64,000 nt of DNA, taken from positions 62,001 to 126,000 of the forward strand of contig NW_027278555.1 in assembly GCF_030028105.1 (NCBI RefSeq), given 5' to 3'. Both the position numbers and the translations under genes were made by a program. This stretch comes from Mobula birostris (Eukaryota). Shown piece after piece: positions 27,412 through 40,289 of this stretch (the stretch's first letter is position 1; each line of letters begins with the position of its first letter). Under the pieces are notes generated by a model. The model saw nothing but the letters and a program-made list of their open reading frames with translations, did no database searches and was not told where the DNA came from.

Positions 27412-28018
27412 CACCAGTCCTCTTAGAGGGATCAGAAGTGGAAAGAGTGAACAATTTCAAGTTCCTGGGTGTCAATATCTCTGAGGATCTAACCTGGACC
27501 CAACATATTGATGCAGCTACAAAGAAGGCACGACAGGAGCGTACTTCATAAGGAGTTTAAAGAGATTGTTATGTCACCAAAGACACTCGCAAATGTCTGC
27601 AGATGTACAGTGGACAGCATGCGAACTGGCTGCATCACTGTCTAGTGTGGGGGCTACTGCACAGGATCAATACAAGCTGCAGAAAGTTGTGAACTTAGCT
27701 CCATCTTCAAGGCAGCTTCCGTCATTAAGGACCCCCGTCACCCAGCTCATGGCCTCTTCTCATTGCTACCATCCAGAAGCCTGAAGGCACACACTCAGCG
27801 ATTCAGGAACAGCTTCTTCCCCTCTGCTATCACACTTCTGAACAGACCACCAACCCATGAACACTACCTCACTACTTTTTTTTTGCACTACATATTTAAT
27901 TTAACTATTTAATATATATTTACAGTAAGCCAGTTTTTTCTATTAGGTATTCCATTGTACTGCTGTTGCAAAGGCAACAGATTTCACGACATTTGCTAGC
28001 GATACTAAACCTGATTCT
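27412..28018 (+). mobile_element. Rex1/Babar-type 3' fragment inserted in an older CR1
   Basis: aatttcaagttcctgggtgtc, ttcaggaacagcttcttcccc and tail aaacctgattctg; CR1 sequence on both sides. Confidence 0.7.
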
Positions 28019-28168
28019 GGTAAGGAAGGTAAATGCAACGTTGGCATTCATTTTGAGGAAACTAAAATATAAAAGCAAGTGTGTAATTCTGATGCTTGAA
28101 AAGGCATTGGTCAGACTACGCTTGGTCAGACTACGCTTGGAGAATGAGAGCAGCTTTGGGCACCTTAT

Positions 28169-30506
28169 TTTGGATTGGGTGCTGTGTAACGAACCTGAGG
28201 CGATTGGGGAGCTGGAAGTAAAGGAACCCCTTGGAAGTAGTGATCATAATATGATTGAGTTCAGTTTCAAATTTGAAAAGGAGAAGCTGGTATCAGGTGT
28301 ATCGATATTTCAGTGGAACAAGGGAAATTACAGTGGTATGAGAGAGGAACTGGCCCAAGTCAATTGGAAAAGTAAGCTAAATGGAGGGACGGCAGAGCAG
28401 AATTGGATGAAATTCCTACAAGGAATAAGGAAAATGCAGGAAAAATATATTCCATGGAAAAAGAAAATCATGAATGGAAAAATGGCACAAATATGGCTAA
28501 CGAGAGAGGTTAAGGGAAAAATAAAAGCAAAAGAAACGGCGTACAAGGAAGCAAAAATTAGTGGGAAAAATGAGGACTGGAAGACTTTTAAAAACTTACA
28601 GAAGGAAACTAAGAAAGTCATTAGGAAAGAAAAGATGAATTATGAAAGGAAGTTGGCGATTAACATAAAAAAGGATACTAAGAGTTTTGTTAAATATATG
28701 AAGAGTAAAAGAGTGACAAGGGTAGATATGGGACCGATTGAAAATGATGCTAGAGAAATTATAATGGATAACAAAGAGATGGCGGAGGAACTGAATGAGT
28801 ATTTTGCCTCAGTCTTCACAGTGGAAGACATGAGCAATATACCTGATCGCCAGAGGTATCAGGGAATAGAATTAGGTACAGTCAAGATTACTAGGGAGAA
28901 AGTGCTTGGGAAGCTAAGTGGACTAAGAATAGGTAGTCTCCCGGTCTGGATGAGGTGCACCCAGGGGTTCTGAAGGAGGTGGCTTTGGAGATTGTGGAAG
29001 CATTGGAAATGATCTTCCAGGAATCAATAGACTCTGGCATGGTTCCGGAGGACTGGAAGGTCGCAAATGTAGTTCCGTTATTTAAGAAAGGAAGGAGGCA
29101 GCAAAAAGAAAAGTACAGACCTATTAGTCTGACATCGGTAGTTGGAAAGATATTGGAGTCAATCCTCAAGGATGAGGTTATGAAATACCTTGAGGTGCAT
29201 GACAAGATAGGCTGAAGCCAGCATGGTTTCATGAAGGGAAGATCCTGCCTCACCAACCTATTGGAATTTTTTGAGGTAATCTCGAATAAGATTGACAAGG
29301 GAGAGGCTGTGGATGTTGTGTATTTGGATTTTCAAAAGACCTTCGATAAGGTGCCCCATATGAGGCTGCTTAATAAGATGGGAGCCCATGGAATTATAGG
29401 AAAGATATTGAAATGGGTGGAGCATTGGCTGATAGGCAGAAAGCAAAGGGTGGGAATAAACGGATCCTATTCCGATTGGTTGCCGGTTACTAGTGGTGTT
29501 CCGCAGGGGTCGGTGTTGGGGCCGCTTTTTACGATATATATCGATGATTTGGATTATGGATTAAATGGTTTTGTGGCTAAGTTTGCGGATGATGCCAAGA
29601 TAGGTGGAGGAGCAGGAAATGTTGAAGAAACGGAAAGGTTGCAGAGAGACTTAGTCAGTTTAGGAGAGTCGGCAAAGAAATGGCAGATGAGATACAACGT
29701 TGACAAATGTACGGTTGTACATTTTGGAAGAAGAAATAATCGGGCAGATTATTATTTAGATGGGGAGAAAATTCAAAAATCGGAAGTGCAAAGGGACTTG
29801 GGGGTCCTCGTGCAGGATACCCTAAAGGTTAACCACCAAGTTGGATCGGCGGTAAGGAAAGCGAATGCTATGTTGGCATTCATTTCAAGAGGAATAGTGT
29901 ATAAGAGTAAGGAGGTGTTGATGAGGCTCTATGGGGCATTAGTGAGACCTCATTCGGAATACTGTGTGCAGTTTTGGGCCCCCTATCTTAGAAAGGATGT
30001 ACTGATGTTGGGGAGAGTTCAGAGAAGATTTACGAGGATGGTTCCTGGAATGCAGGGGCTAACATATGAGGAGCGTTTGTCGGCTCTTGGATTGTATTCA
30101 TTAGAGTATAGAAGAATGAGAGGGGATCTCATAGAAACATTTCGAATGTTGAAAGGGTTGGACAGAGTAGATGGGGAAAGGTTGTTTCCCTTGGTGGGCG
30201 AGTCCAGGACAAGAGGCCATAGTCTTAGAATTAGAGGGTACCCAGTTAAAACAGAGATGAGGAGAAATTTTTTTAGCCAGAGGGTCGTGGATTTGTGAAA
30301 TTCGTTGCCACATACAGCTGTGGAGGCCCCATCATTGAGGGTGTTTAAGGAGGAGATTGACAGGTATCTAATTAGTCAGGGTATCAAGGGATACGGGGAA
30401 AAAGCCGGAAATTGGAACTAGATGGGTGAATAGTTTAGCTCATGGGGGAGCTGCGGAGCAGACTCGATGGGCCAAATGGCCTACTTCTGCTCCTTTGTCT
30501 TGTGAT
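28169..30506 (+). mobile_element. CR1 LINE, young, 5'-truncated
   Basis: Long ORF2 pieces (to 28973, 28955-29215, 29231-30298 with RT motifs) with only a few disruptions; CTTAT at 28164-28168 and 30507-30511. Confidence 0.95.
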
Positions 30507-30591
30507 CTTATCTATGAAAGGATGGAGAGGGTCCAAAGGTGGTTTACAAGAATGATCCCAGGAGTGAAAGGGTTAGTGTATCAGGAGCAAT

Positions 30592-31660
30592 GGACTATGA
30601 AGTATGGGAGCTGGTTGGCTCATCACGTCTGCTCCACCATTTCATCACGGCAGATCCATTTTCCCTCTCAGCCCCAGCCTCCCGCCTTCCGCCCGTACCC
30701 CTTCATGCCCTGACTGATCAAGAATTTATCAACCGCAGCATTCAATATACCTAAATGACATGGCCTCCACAGCCACGTGTAGTAACGAATTTCACAGATT
30801 CGCCACTCTCTGACGAAAGAAATTCCTCATCTCTGTTTTAAAAGGACACCTCTCCGAGGCTGTCTCCTCTGGTCTTAGACTCTCCCATCGTAGGAAACAC
30901 CCTCTCCACATCCACTCTATTGGGAGCTTTCAACATTCGATAGGTATGACAAACTCTTCAATCCTGCATTCATTTTCATGAACCTCCTTTGAACCCTCTC
31001 CAGTTTCAACAAATCCTTTCTAAGCTAGGGGGCCCAAATCTGCTCACAATACTCCAAGTGAGGCTTCACCAGTGCTTTATAAAGTTTCAACATTATGTCC
31101 TTGCTTTTATATTTGAGTCCTGTTGAAATCAATGCTAACATCACATTTCTGTTCATCAGGCTCGACCTGCAAATCAAACTTTAGGGAATCCTGCACGAGG
31201 ACTCCCGAGTCCCTTTGTACCACAGATTTTTGACTTTTCTCTCCATTTAGAAAACAGTCTACCCTTTTACTTCTTCTACCAAACTGCATGACCATTTACT
31301 TCCTGACACTGTATTCCATCTTCTTTGCCCATTCTCCAAATATAAGTCCTTCTGTAGCATCTCTACTTCCTCAAAACTACCTGCCCCTCTACCTACCTTT
31401 ACATCATGCACAAACTTGGCCACAAAGACATCAATTCCATTACCCAAGTCATAACGAAATGTAAAATGAAGCAATCCCAACAGACTCCTGTGGAATACCA
31501 TTAGTCAGCAGTGGCTAACCAGAAAAGGCTCCATTTATTCACACTTTGCCTCCTGCCAATCAGCCACTGCTTCATCCTTACTGTGATACCATGGGTTCTT
31601 AACTTGTTAAAGAGCCTCATGTGTGGCACCTTGTCAAAGACCTTCTGGAAATCAAAGTAC
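30592..31660 (-). mobile_element. CR1 fragment, decayed
   Basis: ORFs 31107-31295 and 31259-31501 resemble the CR1 RT C-terminal region. Confidence 0.8.
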
Positions 31661-32399
31661 AAAGATATTTGAAAACCCAAGTGTTTGATGGCTCTAGGCT
31701 TGTACTTGCTAGAAAAATGGGGGGGGGGGGGGGGGGAATTTCATTGAAACCTACCGAATATTGAAAAGGCCAGAGAGAGTGGACATGGGCAGATAGTAGG
31801 AGAGTCTAAGAGGAGGTCATAGCTTCAGAGTAGGAGGACATCCATTTAGAACAGAGATGAGAAGGAATTCCTTTAGCGAGAATCTGGAATTCATTGCCAC
31901 AGATGCTGGGGAGGCAAAGTCATTGGCTATATTTGGAGGTGGATAGGTTCTTGATTAACAAGGACATTAAAGGTTACAGGCAGAAGGCAGGAGAATGGAT
32001 TTTTCCTCTTATTTACTTGGGAAAGATACACAGCATCTCTTCAAATGAGGCAAAACAGCATTGAGGTCATTGACTGTTTGTGGATTACAAAGGAGGAGGT
32101 GCCTGCTGTCTCGATGAATAAATACAGAGTCCCTAACAAAGTGTTCCCTTGGATCTTGTAGGAGGCTAGTGCAGTGCAGAAGTTGCAAGGACCCAATCAA
32201 AGGTATTTAAAACAGGTGAGGTGCTGAAGAATAGTTAATGTTGTTGCTTTGTTTAAGAACAACCTTTGAAATTTTAGAACAGTGAGGCTGACATCAGTAG
32301 TGGGAAAGTTATTGAAAGGTATTTTAAAGGACCAGGTATACAATTATTTGAATAGCTGGACTAATGAGAGATAGTCAACATGGCTTTGTGCATGGTTGG

Positions 32400-32592
32400 C
32401 ACTGTTCCCTTTAAGCTCTGCAGGTGTACAGCCGCACTGTAACTAAAATGCCCCCGTGTACATAGATTTTGATGCCACACAGCTGGAATTTTCTTTTATT
32501 AAAGAGCCACGCAGTTTTCAGACAGCGTAAAAATTTCCCGCTCAGGGCAATGATTGGTTCGTGCGCTGTTTTAAAGAAAAAAGGGAACATTG
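32400..32592. mobile_element. MITE-like insertion, probably hAT
   Basis: Terminal inverted repeats CACTGTTCCCTTT and AAAGGGAACATTG interrupt a CR1; no target duplication visible. Confidence 0.55.
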
Positions 32593-32864
32593 CCAGTCTC
32601 AAAAGATTTTCAAGGAGGTTACCGGAAAAGTTGATGAAAGAAATGCAGTGGATGCTGTCTAATGGATTTTAGCAAGGCCCTTGACAAGGTCCCACACACG
32701 AGGTTGGTCATGAAGGTTCAGTCATTTGGGATTGGGATTAGGATTAGATATTGGCTTTGCGGAAGAAGTCAGAGAGTGGTACAACATGGTTGTCTCTATG
32801 ACTGGTGTTCAGTCCCTTTTGCTGCAGGGATCGGACTGGGTTCGTTGTATTTTGTCATCTACAT

Positions 32865-33792
32865 CAGCAGTCCCCAACCACCGGGCCGCAAAGCATATGC
32901 TACCGGGCCGCGAGGACACGATACGAGTCAGCTGCACCTTTCCTCATTCCCTGTCATGCCCTCTGTTCAGCTTGAACACACACGAGGTCATTACCCGCGT
33001 GTCATCCATGTCAGCACAGGAAGGAGATCAACTCCTCGAGCTTGCAAATGACGGCGGGCTGAAAAGTATGTTTGATATAACATCTCTGCCGGCATTCTGG
33101 ATCAAAGTCAAGGCTAAATAACCTGAGATAGCCACGAAAGCACTGAAAACGTTGCTTCCATTTCCAACATATCTCTGCAATGAAAACTAAATTGCAGAAT
33201 AGGCTGGACATAAGGAACCCCTTCGAGTACCGCTGTCTCCTGTCAGCCCGCGATAGGACCGTGCTGTTGCAGGGAAACAAGCCCAGGGTTCCCACTGATT
33301 CAGCGATATTGGTGCGTTGCAATGATTTTATATGTTCATACGGGGAAAATATGTGCCGTGTGTTTAATATCCAAACGTTACTTAAAATATTATGATGCTA
33401 TTGACTTATAAGTGATTTATCACTATATTCATGCGAGGAAAATATGCGCTGTGTGTTTAATATTAAATTCATTAGATAAACCCTTTTAGAAACGAAATTG
33501 AGTGTATATCACTTATCACTGATATTCCGATAGTGATTAACAACCCCCCCCCCCGAACAGAATCACCAAAAACGATTTGTAGAAAAAAAAAATCGGCACG
33601 TACACGCATGCTCACACAGGTGCCTGCGCAAGGCTTCATGGTAATTGTAGTCTTTCTCAGGGTAAACACAACGTACTTGACTGCTACTCTTGTCTGTTGG
33701 CAACCCTACCACCCCTCCCCTGGTCAGCCGGTCCGCAAGAATATTGTCAATATTAAACCGGTCTGCAGTACAAAAAATGTTGGGGACCCCTG
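32865..33792 (+). mobile_element. Non-autonomous hAT (Buster/Charlie-type) DNA transposon
   Basis: TIRs cagcagtccccaac / gttggggacccctg; 8-bp duplication atctacat / ttctacat; hAT C-terminal dimerisation remnants SLPAFWIKVK and KTKLQNRLD. Confidence 0.9.
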
Positions 33793-34710
33793 TTCTACAT
33801 CAATGATCTGGATGATAATGTGGTAAACTGGATGACAAGATTGGGGGCATTGTGGACAGAGGAAGAGCAAAGTTTGCAGCGGGATCTGGACTAGCTGGAA
33901 AATGGGCTGAGAAATGGCAGATGGAATTTAATGCAGACAAGCGTGAAGTGTTGCACCTTGGGAGGACAAACAAGGGGGGACTGATATGGTGAGCAGAAGG
34001 GCACCGAGGAGTGAGGTAGAACAGAGGGATCTGGGAATACAGATCCATAATTCCTTGAAAATAGTGACACAGGTAGGATCATAAAGAGAGCTTTGGCCAC
34101 ATTAGCCTTCACAAATCGAAGAATGGAGTGCAGGAATTGGGATGTTATGCTGAAGTTGTATAAGACATTGTTGAGGGCTAATTTGGAGTATCGTTTGCAG
34201 TTCTGGTCACCTACCTACAAAAAAGATGTAGTTAAGTTTGAAAGAGTACAGAGAAAATTACAAGGATGTTACCCAGACTTGAGGACCTGAGTTATTGGCA
34301 AAGGTTGAACAGATTAAAGCTTCATTCGCCAAAGTGTAGAAGAAAGAGGGGAGATTTGATAGAGGTATAAAACACTATAAGGGGTATAAACAGGGTAAAC
34401 ACAAGCAGACTTTTTCCACTGAGGTTGGGTGAGACTAGAACCAGAGGTTTATACGTTAAGGGTGAAATGTTTCAGGGGAACATGCAGAGTGAACTTCACT
34501 CAGAGGTTGATGAGAGTATGGAACGAGCTGCCAATGAAAACGGTGGATGTGGATTTTAACATTTAAGAGAAATTTTGGATAAGTACATGGACGGGAGGGA
34601 TATGGAGGGCTATGCCCCAGGGGTGGGTTGAGGGGACTAGGCATAAATCAGCCATGATTGAAAGAAATTGATGGGCTGAATGGCCTAATTCAACTCCTAG
34701 TCTTAATTGT
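33793..34710 (+). mobile_element. CR1 3' part, decayed (continues the element interrupted by the hAT)
   Basis: ORF 34093-34290 (LYKTLLRANLEY, QFWSP) and a CR1-type 3' end. Confidence 0.8.
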
Positions 34711-34811
34711 TTTAAGAGGGCTCACCCTCCCCTGACTGATGCACATTTAGGGGTGCAGGACATATACACACATGTATACATGGGGATTGACCAGGTTACC
34801 TGGCAGGGGAC

Positions 34812-35205
34812 TCAGTCCATCTTGAGGTTGACGTAGATGTAGCGGATGAACTGAAGCGAGGCGAAGAAGGAAACAGAGCCCAGCATCAGGAAGAAGACGT
34901 AGCAAGTGAGGAAGGAGTAGCCAAAGAACTCGAGGGTCTGCAGTGCACCTGACATGTTGGAGCGCTTGTAGTAGTAGAAGATGGAGTAGAGGAACATGAA
35001 GAAGCCGGTGGAGCCGGTGGCGAAGACAGAACGCCACCACCAGCGGTAATCCTCGCCAGACAGCTGGAAGTAGGTCAAGGCGATGGAGATGCAGGCGCTC
35101 ACACTCAGCAGGATGGCGAAGACGATGAAGAGGATGCCGTAGAGGGTGTACTGCTCCCGGCCCCACACTGTGGCAAAGATGTAGTACAGCTCGACTGAGA
35201 TGGCA
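34812..35205 (-). CDS. TM9SF1: Transmembrane 9 superfamily member 1, coding exon 5 (to stop)
   Basis: cag|[19 protein letters not shown]...EDYRWWWRS...[12 protein letters not shown]; C-terminal KxD motif. Confidence 0.96.
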
Positions 35206-35350
35206 CTGCGGGGACAGGGAGAGAAGGTAGGTTAGTAATAGACAGACATGGACCCCGTATAGACAAGCCGACCCCGGGTGTTTTATCGCAATGTACACCC
35301 AATCCAATCCCCGGGACGGACTGAGCTGGGAGGAGGTGGCTGACACCCAC

Positions 35351-35624
35351 CTGAAGGGCAGGAAGCCCCCGATGGTCATGTGGACCGGTGCGCTTTTATA
35401 CCAGGGCTGTGGCGGGATCTCACGGGCAATGTTCTTGGTCCGGCACGGGGCGTCGAAGCCAGCGGCGCTGTTCTTCCCAAGGATGCCGCCGATGACGGTC
35501 AGCGGGAAGCCCACCAGCAGCCAGACGGCGAGCAGCAGGACGATGGTGGTGGCAGGCAGCGCCTGGGTGGATCCGTTAGCCCAGTGCACTGTGTTGATGA
35601 CGCTCCAGGTCAGGAAGAAAGGAG
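35351..35624 (-). CDS. TM9SF1: TM9SF1 coding exon 4
   Basis: cag|[23 protein letters not shown]...[16 protein letters not shown]...GGFLPF|gtgggt. Confidence 0.96.
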
Positions 35625-36329
35625 CTGTGGGAGGTGGTACTGGGGTTAGAGACTGGTTTGCAGAGCAGTCCTGCCCACACCACCCCATGCCCCACTGTCA
35701 CTAACAATGCCACTGCTGAGGCACCCGGTTTGATCCCCACCTCTGGATGTACACACTCTCACCATGGGTTTCCCAAAAATGTGAGGGTTGTGGGTTAATC
35801 TGCCGCTGTTAACTGTCACCCCAATTGTTTGGTTGAGGGGTGGAATCTAGGGGAAGAGTCTATTAGAATGTGCCGGTGGCGAGAATGAAACGGGACTGGT
35901 GTAATTAGCTGGCACAGACTGGGTGCTGTGGAGTCTGCTGGACATCTCGCCCGTGCCCCTCATATTACACCCAACTACTACCTCCTGCATCTCCCAGCAA
36001 CGGAGGACTGTGCTCCTCTGTACCGATCCTCATGTTTCGATGCTTTACATGAGCTCTCCGAGTTGCCCAGCACTGAAACAGGCCATTCGACCCACCGCAT
36101 CCACACTGATGCTCTATCCAATCCCATTTGCCTGCATTAGGACGATGATGGTGGCGGGCAAACCCCTGCACTGTGCCTATTGAAGTCCCTGTCTAAATGC
36201 TTCTTGGTTGTTTCAGATTCCACCACGTCCCAGTATCAACCCCTCTGTGAGAACAATTACCCAGCAAATCCCTTAAATCTCTTCCCTCTCCCCTTAAACC
36301 TACCTGCTCCTGTACCTGATACCCTAACC

Positions 36330-36766
36330 ACTGGCGAGAAAGACCACCGCCCCTGTCCACCGGCGAGAGAGACCACCGCCCCTGTCCACCGGCGAGAGAG
36401 ACCACCTCCCCTGTCCACCGGCGAGAGAGACCACCGCCCCTGTCTACCGGCGAGAGAGACCACCGCCCCTGTCCACCGGCGAGAGAGACCACCTCCCCTG
36501 TCCACCGGCGAGAGAGACCACCGCCCCTGTCCACCGGCGAGAGAGACCACCTCCCCTGTCCACCGGCGAGAGAGACCACCTGCCCTGTCCACCGGCGAGA
36601 GAGACCACCTCCCCTGTCCACCGGCGAGAGAGACCACCTCCCCTGTCCACCAGCGAGAGAGACCACCTGCCCTGTCCACCGGCGAGAGAGACTACCGCCC
36701 CTGTCCACTGGCGAGAGAGACTACCGCCCCTGTCCACCGGCGAGAGAGACCACCTCCCCTGTCCAC
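36330..36766. repeat. Minisatellite, 29-bp unit, ~15 copies, inside a decayed CR1 3' end
   Basis: gaccaccgcccctgtccaccggcgagaga at 36342, 36371 and onward. Confidence 0.95.
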
Positions 36767-38104
36767 GCCTCCTATAGAATTCCCCCTCAGTCACTCCAAA
36801 GAAAACAGTTTCACCCTCTTCCTGCAAGTGAAGTCCTGCAATCCAGACAACATCCTAGGGAACCTCCTTTCCAGCACAACCCATCCTCCCTGTAGCATGG
36901 CAACCAGAACATGATTTTATACATCTCTGTAAGATCCCTACTTTCCAATGAACAAAATCCAAACCTGTCCATCCTCCGACTTCTGACGACACTCTGATAA
37001 ATCCTCCCTGTACCAGCTGACTAAGATCTGTCATTCCTGATAACCAGCCTGTTTACTCCACCACTATTTTAGTCACCTGCAAACTTCCTAACCTTGTGTG
37101 TACATTCTCATGCAAATCATTGATTTAGATGGCACTCATCAATGGGCTCAGCAACAACCTCCGAGGCACAGGCTGAGAAATAACCCTCCACCACCACCCC
37201 CTGCTTCCCCCCAACAGGCCAATTCTGTACCCAATTAGCCATCTCCCCCTAGATCCCATGCAATCCAACTTCTCGTAGCAGTCTACTATGTGGAACCTTA
37301 TTGAAGTCTGCCACCCTGCCTCATCGACCTCATTGGCTACAGAAAATAAATCAATCGAGTTCCTGAAACACCATCTCCCACTGTGCTGACTATCCCCAAT
37401 CAATCCTTGGATGGGTGAAGGAACCATGCTTGACAAGAGCTGTGGACATCTACTCAAGAGGAAGAAAGAAGTTTAGGCAGCGAGGATCAAGCAGGGCTCT
37501 GGAGAGTTACAAGGAGCTGACAGATGGACATGAGAGCTAGAAAAGGAAATGAGAAGTAGGACCTAGAAAACCCTCAAGGAGTTCTACACATACGTGAACA
37601 GGAGAATGACGAGAACCAATCAGGAATAGAAGAGGAAAATGTGCTTGGAGTCAGGGGAGGTATGGGGGGCTGTTATTGAACATTTTGCTCAGTATTCACG
37701 GAGCTTGATAAATACCAGGTCAGCAGAGAACAGGGTCATATCCTGGGACACGTTGATGTTAAGAAGGAGCATGTGCTGGAACTTTAGAAGACCACTGAGA
37801 TAGATGTGTGCTCAGGGCTGGATGGGATATACCCAAGGTTTCTACAGGAAGTGAGGGGCAATTATCTTTGCATCCTCACTGGCCACAGAAGTCATGCCAG
37901 AGGATTAGAGTGTGGCAAATGTTATTCCTTTGTTCAAGAAAGGTAACAGTGATAACCTCTGGAATTATAGATCAGTGAGTCATGTCAGTAGTGGGCAAAC
38001 TATTTGAGAGAATTTTTAGAGACAGGATCTTCAAGCATTTGGAGAAGCATAGTCTGATTAGGGATAGTCAGCATGGCTTTGTGAGGGACAGGTCGTGCCT
38101 CATG

Positions 38105-39288
38105 AACCATAAGACATAGGAGCAGAATTAGGCCATTCATCCCATCAAGTCTGCTCTGCCATTTCATCGTAGCTAATCCCAGACCCCATTCAACCCCATA
38201 CACTGCCCTTGCACTATATCCCTTAATGCCCCAAACAATCAGGAATCTCAAGTATCTACATCCTCTCCACATCCACCCTATCTAGTCCCTTCAACATTCC
38301 ATAGGTTTCAATGAGATCCCCACGCATTCTTCTAAATTCCAGTGAGTACAGTATCAAAGCTGCCAAACGCCCCTCATATGTTAACCCCTTCATTCCCAGA
38401 GTCATCCTTGTGAACCTCCTCTGGACTCTCTCCAATGACAATACATCCTTTGAGATAAGGGACCCAAAACTGTTGGCAATACTCCAAGTGCAGCCTGCCT
38501 AGTGTCTTATAACACCTCAGCATTATCTCCTTGTTTTTATATTTTAATCATCTTCAAATAAATGCCAACATTACATTGGCCTTCTTTACCACAGAACCAA
38601 CCTATGAATTAACCTTCTGGGAGTCTTACACGAGGACTCCCAAGTTCCTCTGCACCTCTGATGTTTGAACCTTCACCCCATTTAGATAACAGTTTGCATT
38701 ATTGTTCCTTTTACCAAAATGCATCTCATACATTTCCCAACACTATTCCATCTGCCACATTTTTGCCCATTCTTCCAATTCGTCTAAGTCCTGCTGTAAT
38801 CGCATTGCTCCCTCAGCACTACCTACCCCTCCACCTATCTTTATATCATCGCAAACTTTGCCGCAAAGCCATCAATACCATTATCTAAATCATTGACAAA
38901 CGATGTGAAAGGTAGTGGTCCCAATACTGACCCTGAGGAGCACCACTAGTCACTGGCAGCCAACGAGAAAAGGGTCCCGTTTATTCCCACCCACTGCCTC
39001 CTGCCTGTCAGCCATTCCTCTATCCATGCCAGTATCCTTCCTGTAACGCCGTATGATTTTATCTTGTTAAGCAGCCTCATGTGAGGCACCTTGTCAAATG
39101 CCTTTTGAACAAGTAAACGACATCCACTGCCTCTCCTTTGTCCACCCTGCTTGTTACTTCCTCGAAGAACTCTAACAGATTTGTCAGGCAAGATTTCCCT
39201 TCACAGAAACCATGCTGACTTTATCATTAGTCTTCAAGTACCCCGCAGCCTCGTCCTTAACTGCAACACTTTCCCAACCACCGACTGG
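38105..39288 (-). mobile_element. CR1 fragment (other decayed CR1 pieces at 36900-38103)
   Basis: ORFs 38256-38441 and 38946-39191 (QKAFDKVPHMRLL). Confidence 0.85.
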
Positions 39289-39541
39289 CCTGTAGGGAGT
39301 CTGTACGTTCTCCCCATGCAGTGTGTGGGTTTCCCCTGGGTGCTGCGATTTCCTCCCACAGTCCAAAGACAGACCAGGTCAGTTAGTTAGCCATTGTCAA
39401 TTGTCCCGTGACGTCAGGGTTAATCAGGGGTTGCTGGGGCAATCCGGCTTGACGGGCAGGGAGGACCTACTCCGTGCTGTGTCACTAAGTAAGGTGGTCT
39501 GTGCCCTCCCCTCTGCCCATACCCCCAACCCTGCTCCTTAC

Positions 39542-39727
39542 CCGAGAAGAGGCTGGTGGTGAGGACGATGTTCCACACCCACCGCTCGCCACCGATCTTG
39601 CGGTAGAAGTTGCTGGAGACATAGCCGGACACGCAGCAAGTGAGGGCGTACAGCACGATGGCAGCTGAGTTGATGGCCCCATGCCGGTGGACATTGAACA
39701 TGCCCAGCAGTGCCATGGCGATGATTC
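39542..39727 (-). CDS. TM9SF1: TM9SF1 coding exon 3
   Basis: cag|(G)[22 protein letters not shown]...[13 protein letters not shown]|gtaagg; 186 nt, phase 1-1. Confidence 0.96.
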
Positions 39728-40289
39728 CTGTTGGGACCAAGGGCAGAGCAGCCGTCAGACCCACACTGTAGCAGACTCTGGGCCAGAACATGGCGGGGAA
39801 ACAGCATCAAGGCACACAGACCCCTTGGCACACTTCGTCCGTACTGATCCTGCCCCCCACCCATCTACACTAATCCCAGTGCCTCTAGGACAGTATCCCT
39901 CTACACGGTGCCTAATGAAGTCCATCTAAATGCCTCTTGGTTGTATCTTGATTCCGTCACCTCCTCTGACCGCACATCCCAGTTATCAACCTCTCTATGT
40001 GAGAACACTTACTCATTAGGTCCCTCTTCTTTCTGATACCCCAACAACTGCGAAGAAAGAGTAACTATCTCCCCTGTCTATGCCTCCTTGGGACTTCTGT
40101 CAGGTTAGCCCTCAGCCTCTTCACTCCAGGGAAACAGCCCAGTCTGTGCAGTCTCTTCCCCTGGACCAGGCAGCGTCACAGCCAAGAAAGTGCACCGAGG
40201 TCTCTACTTCCTCAGGAGACGAACCGAAGAATGGGAAATGATGGTAACTCCACACGCTCAGAGAGGGAGCTGGTGAGCTCAAAGCAGGA

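Noticed and set aside
29231-30298. Active autonomous CR1
   Set aside because: 5'-truncated, with a frameshift near 28930 and stops ending at 29215 and 30298
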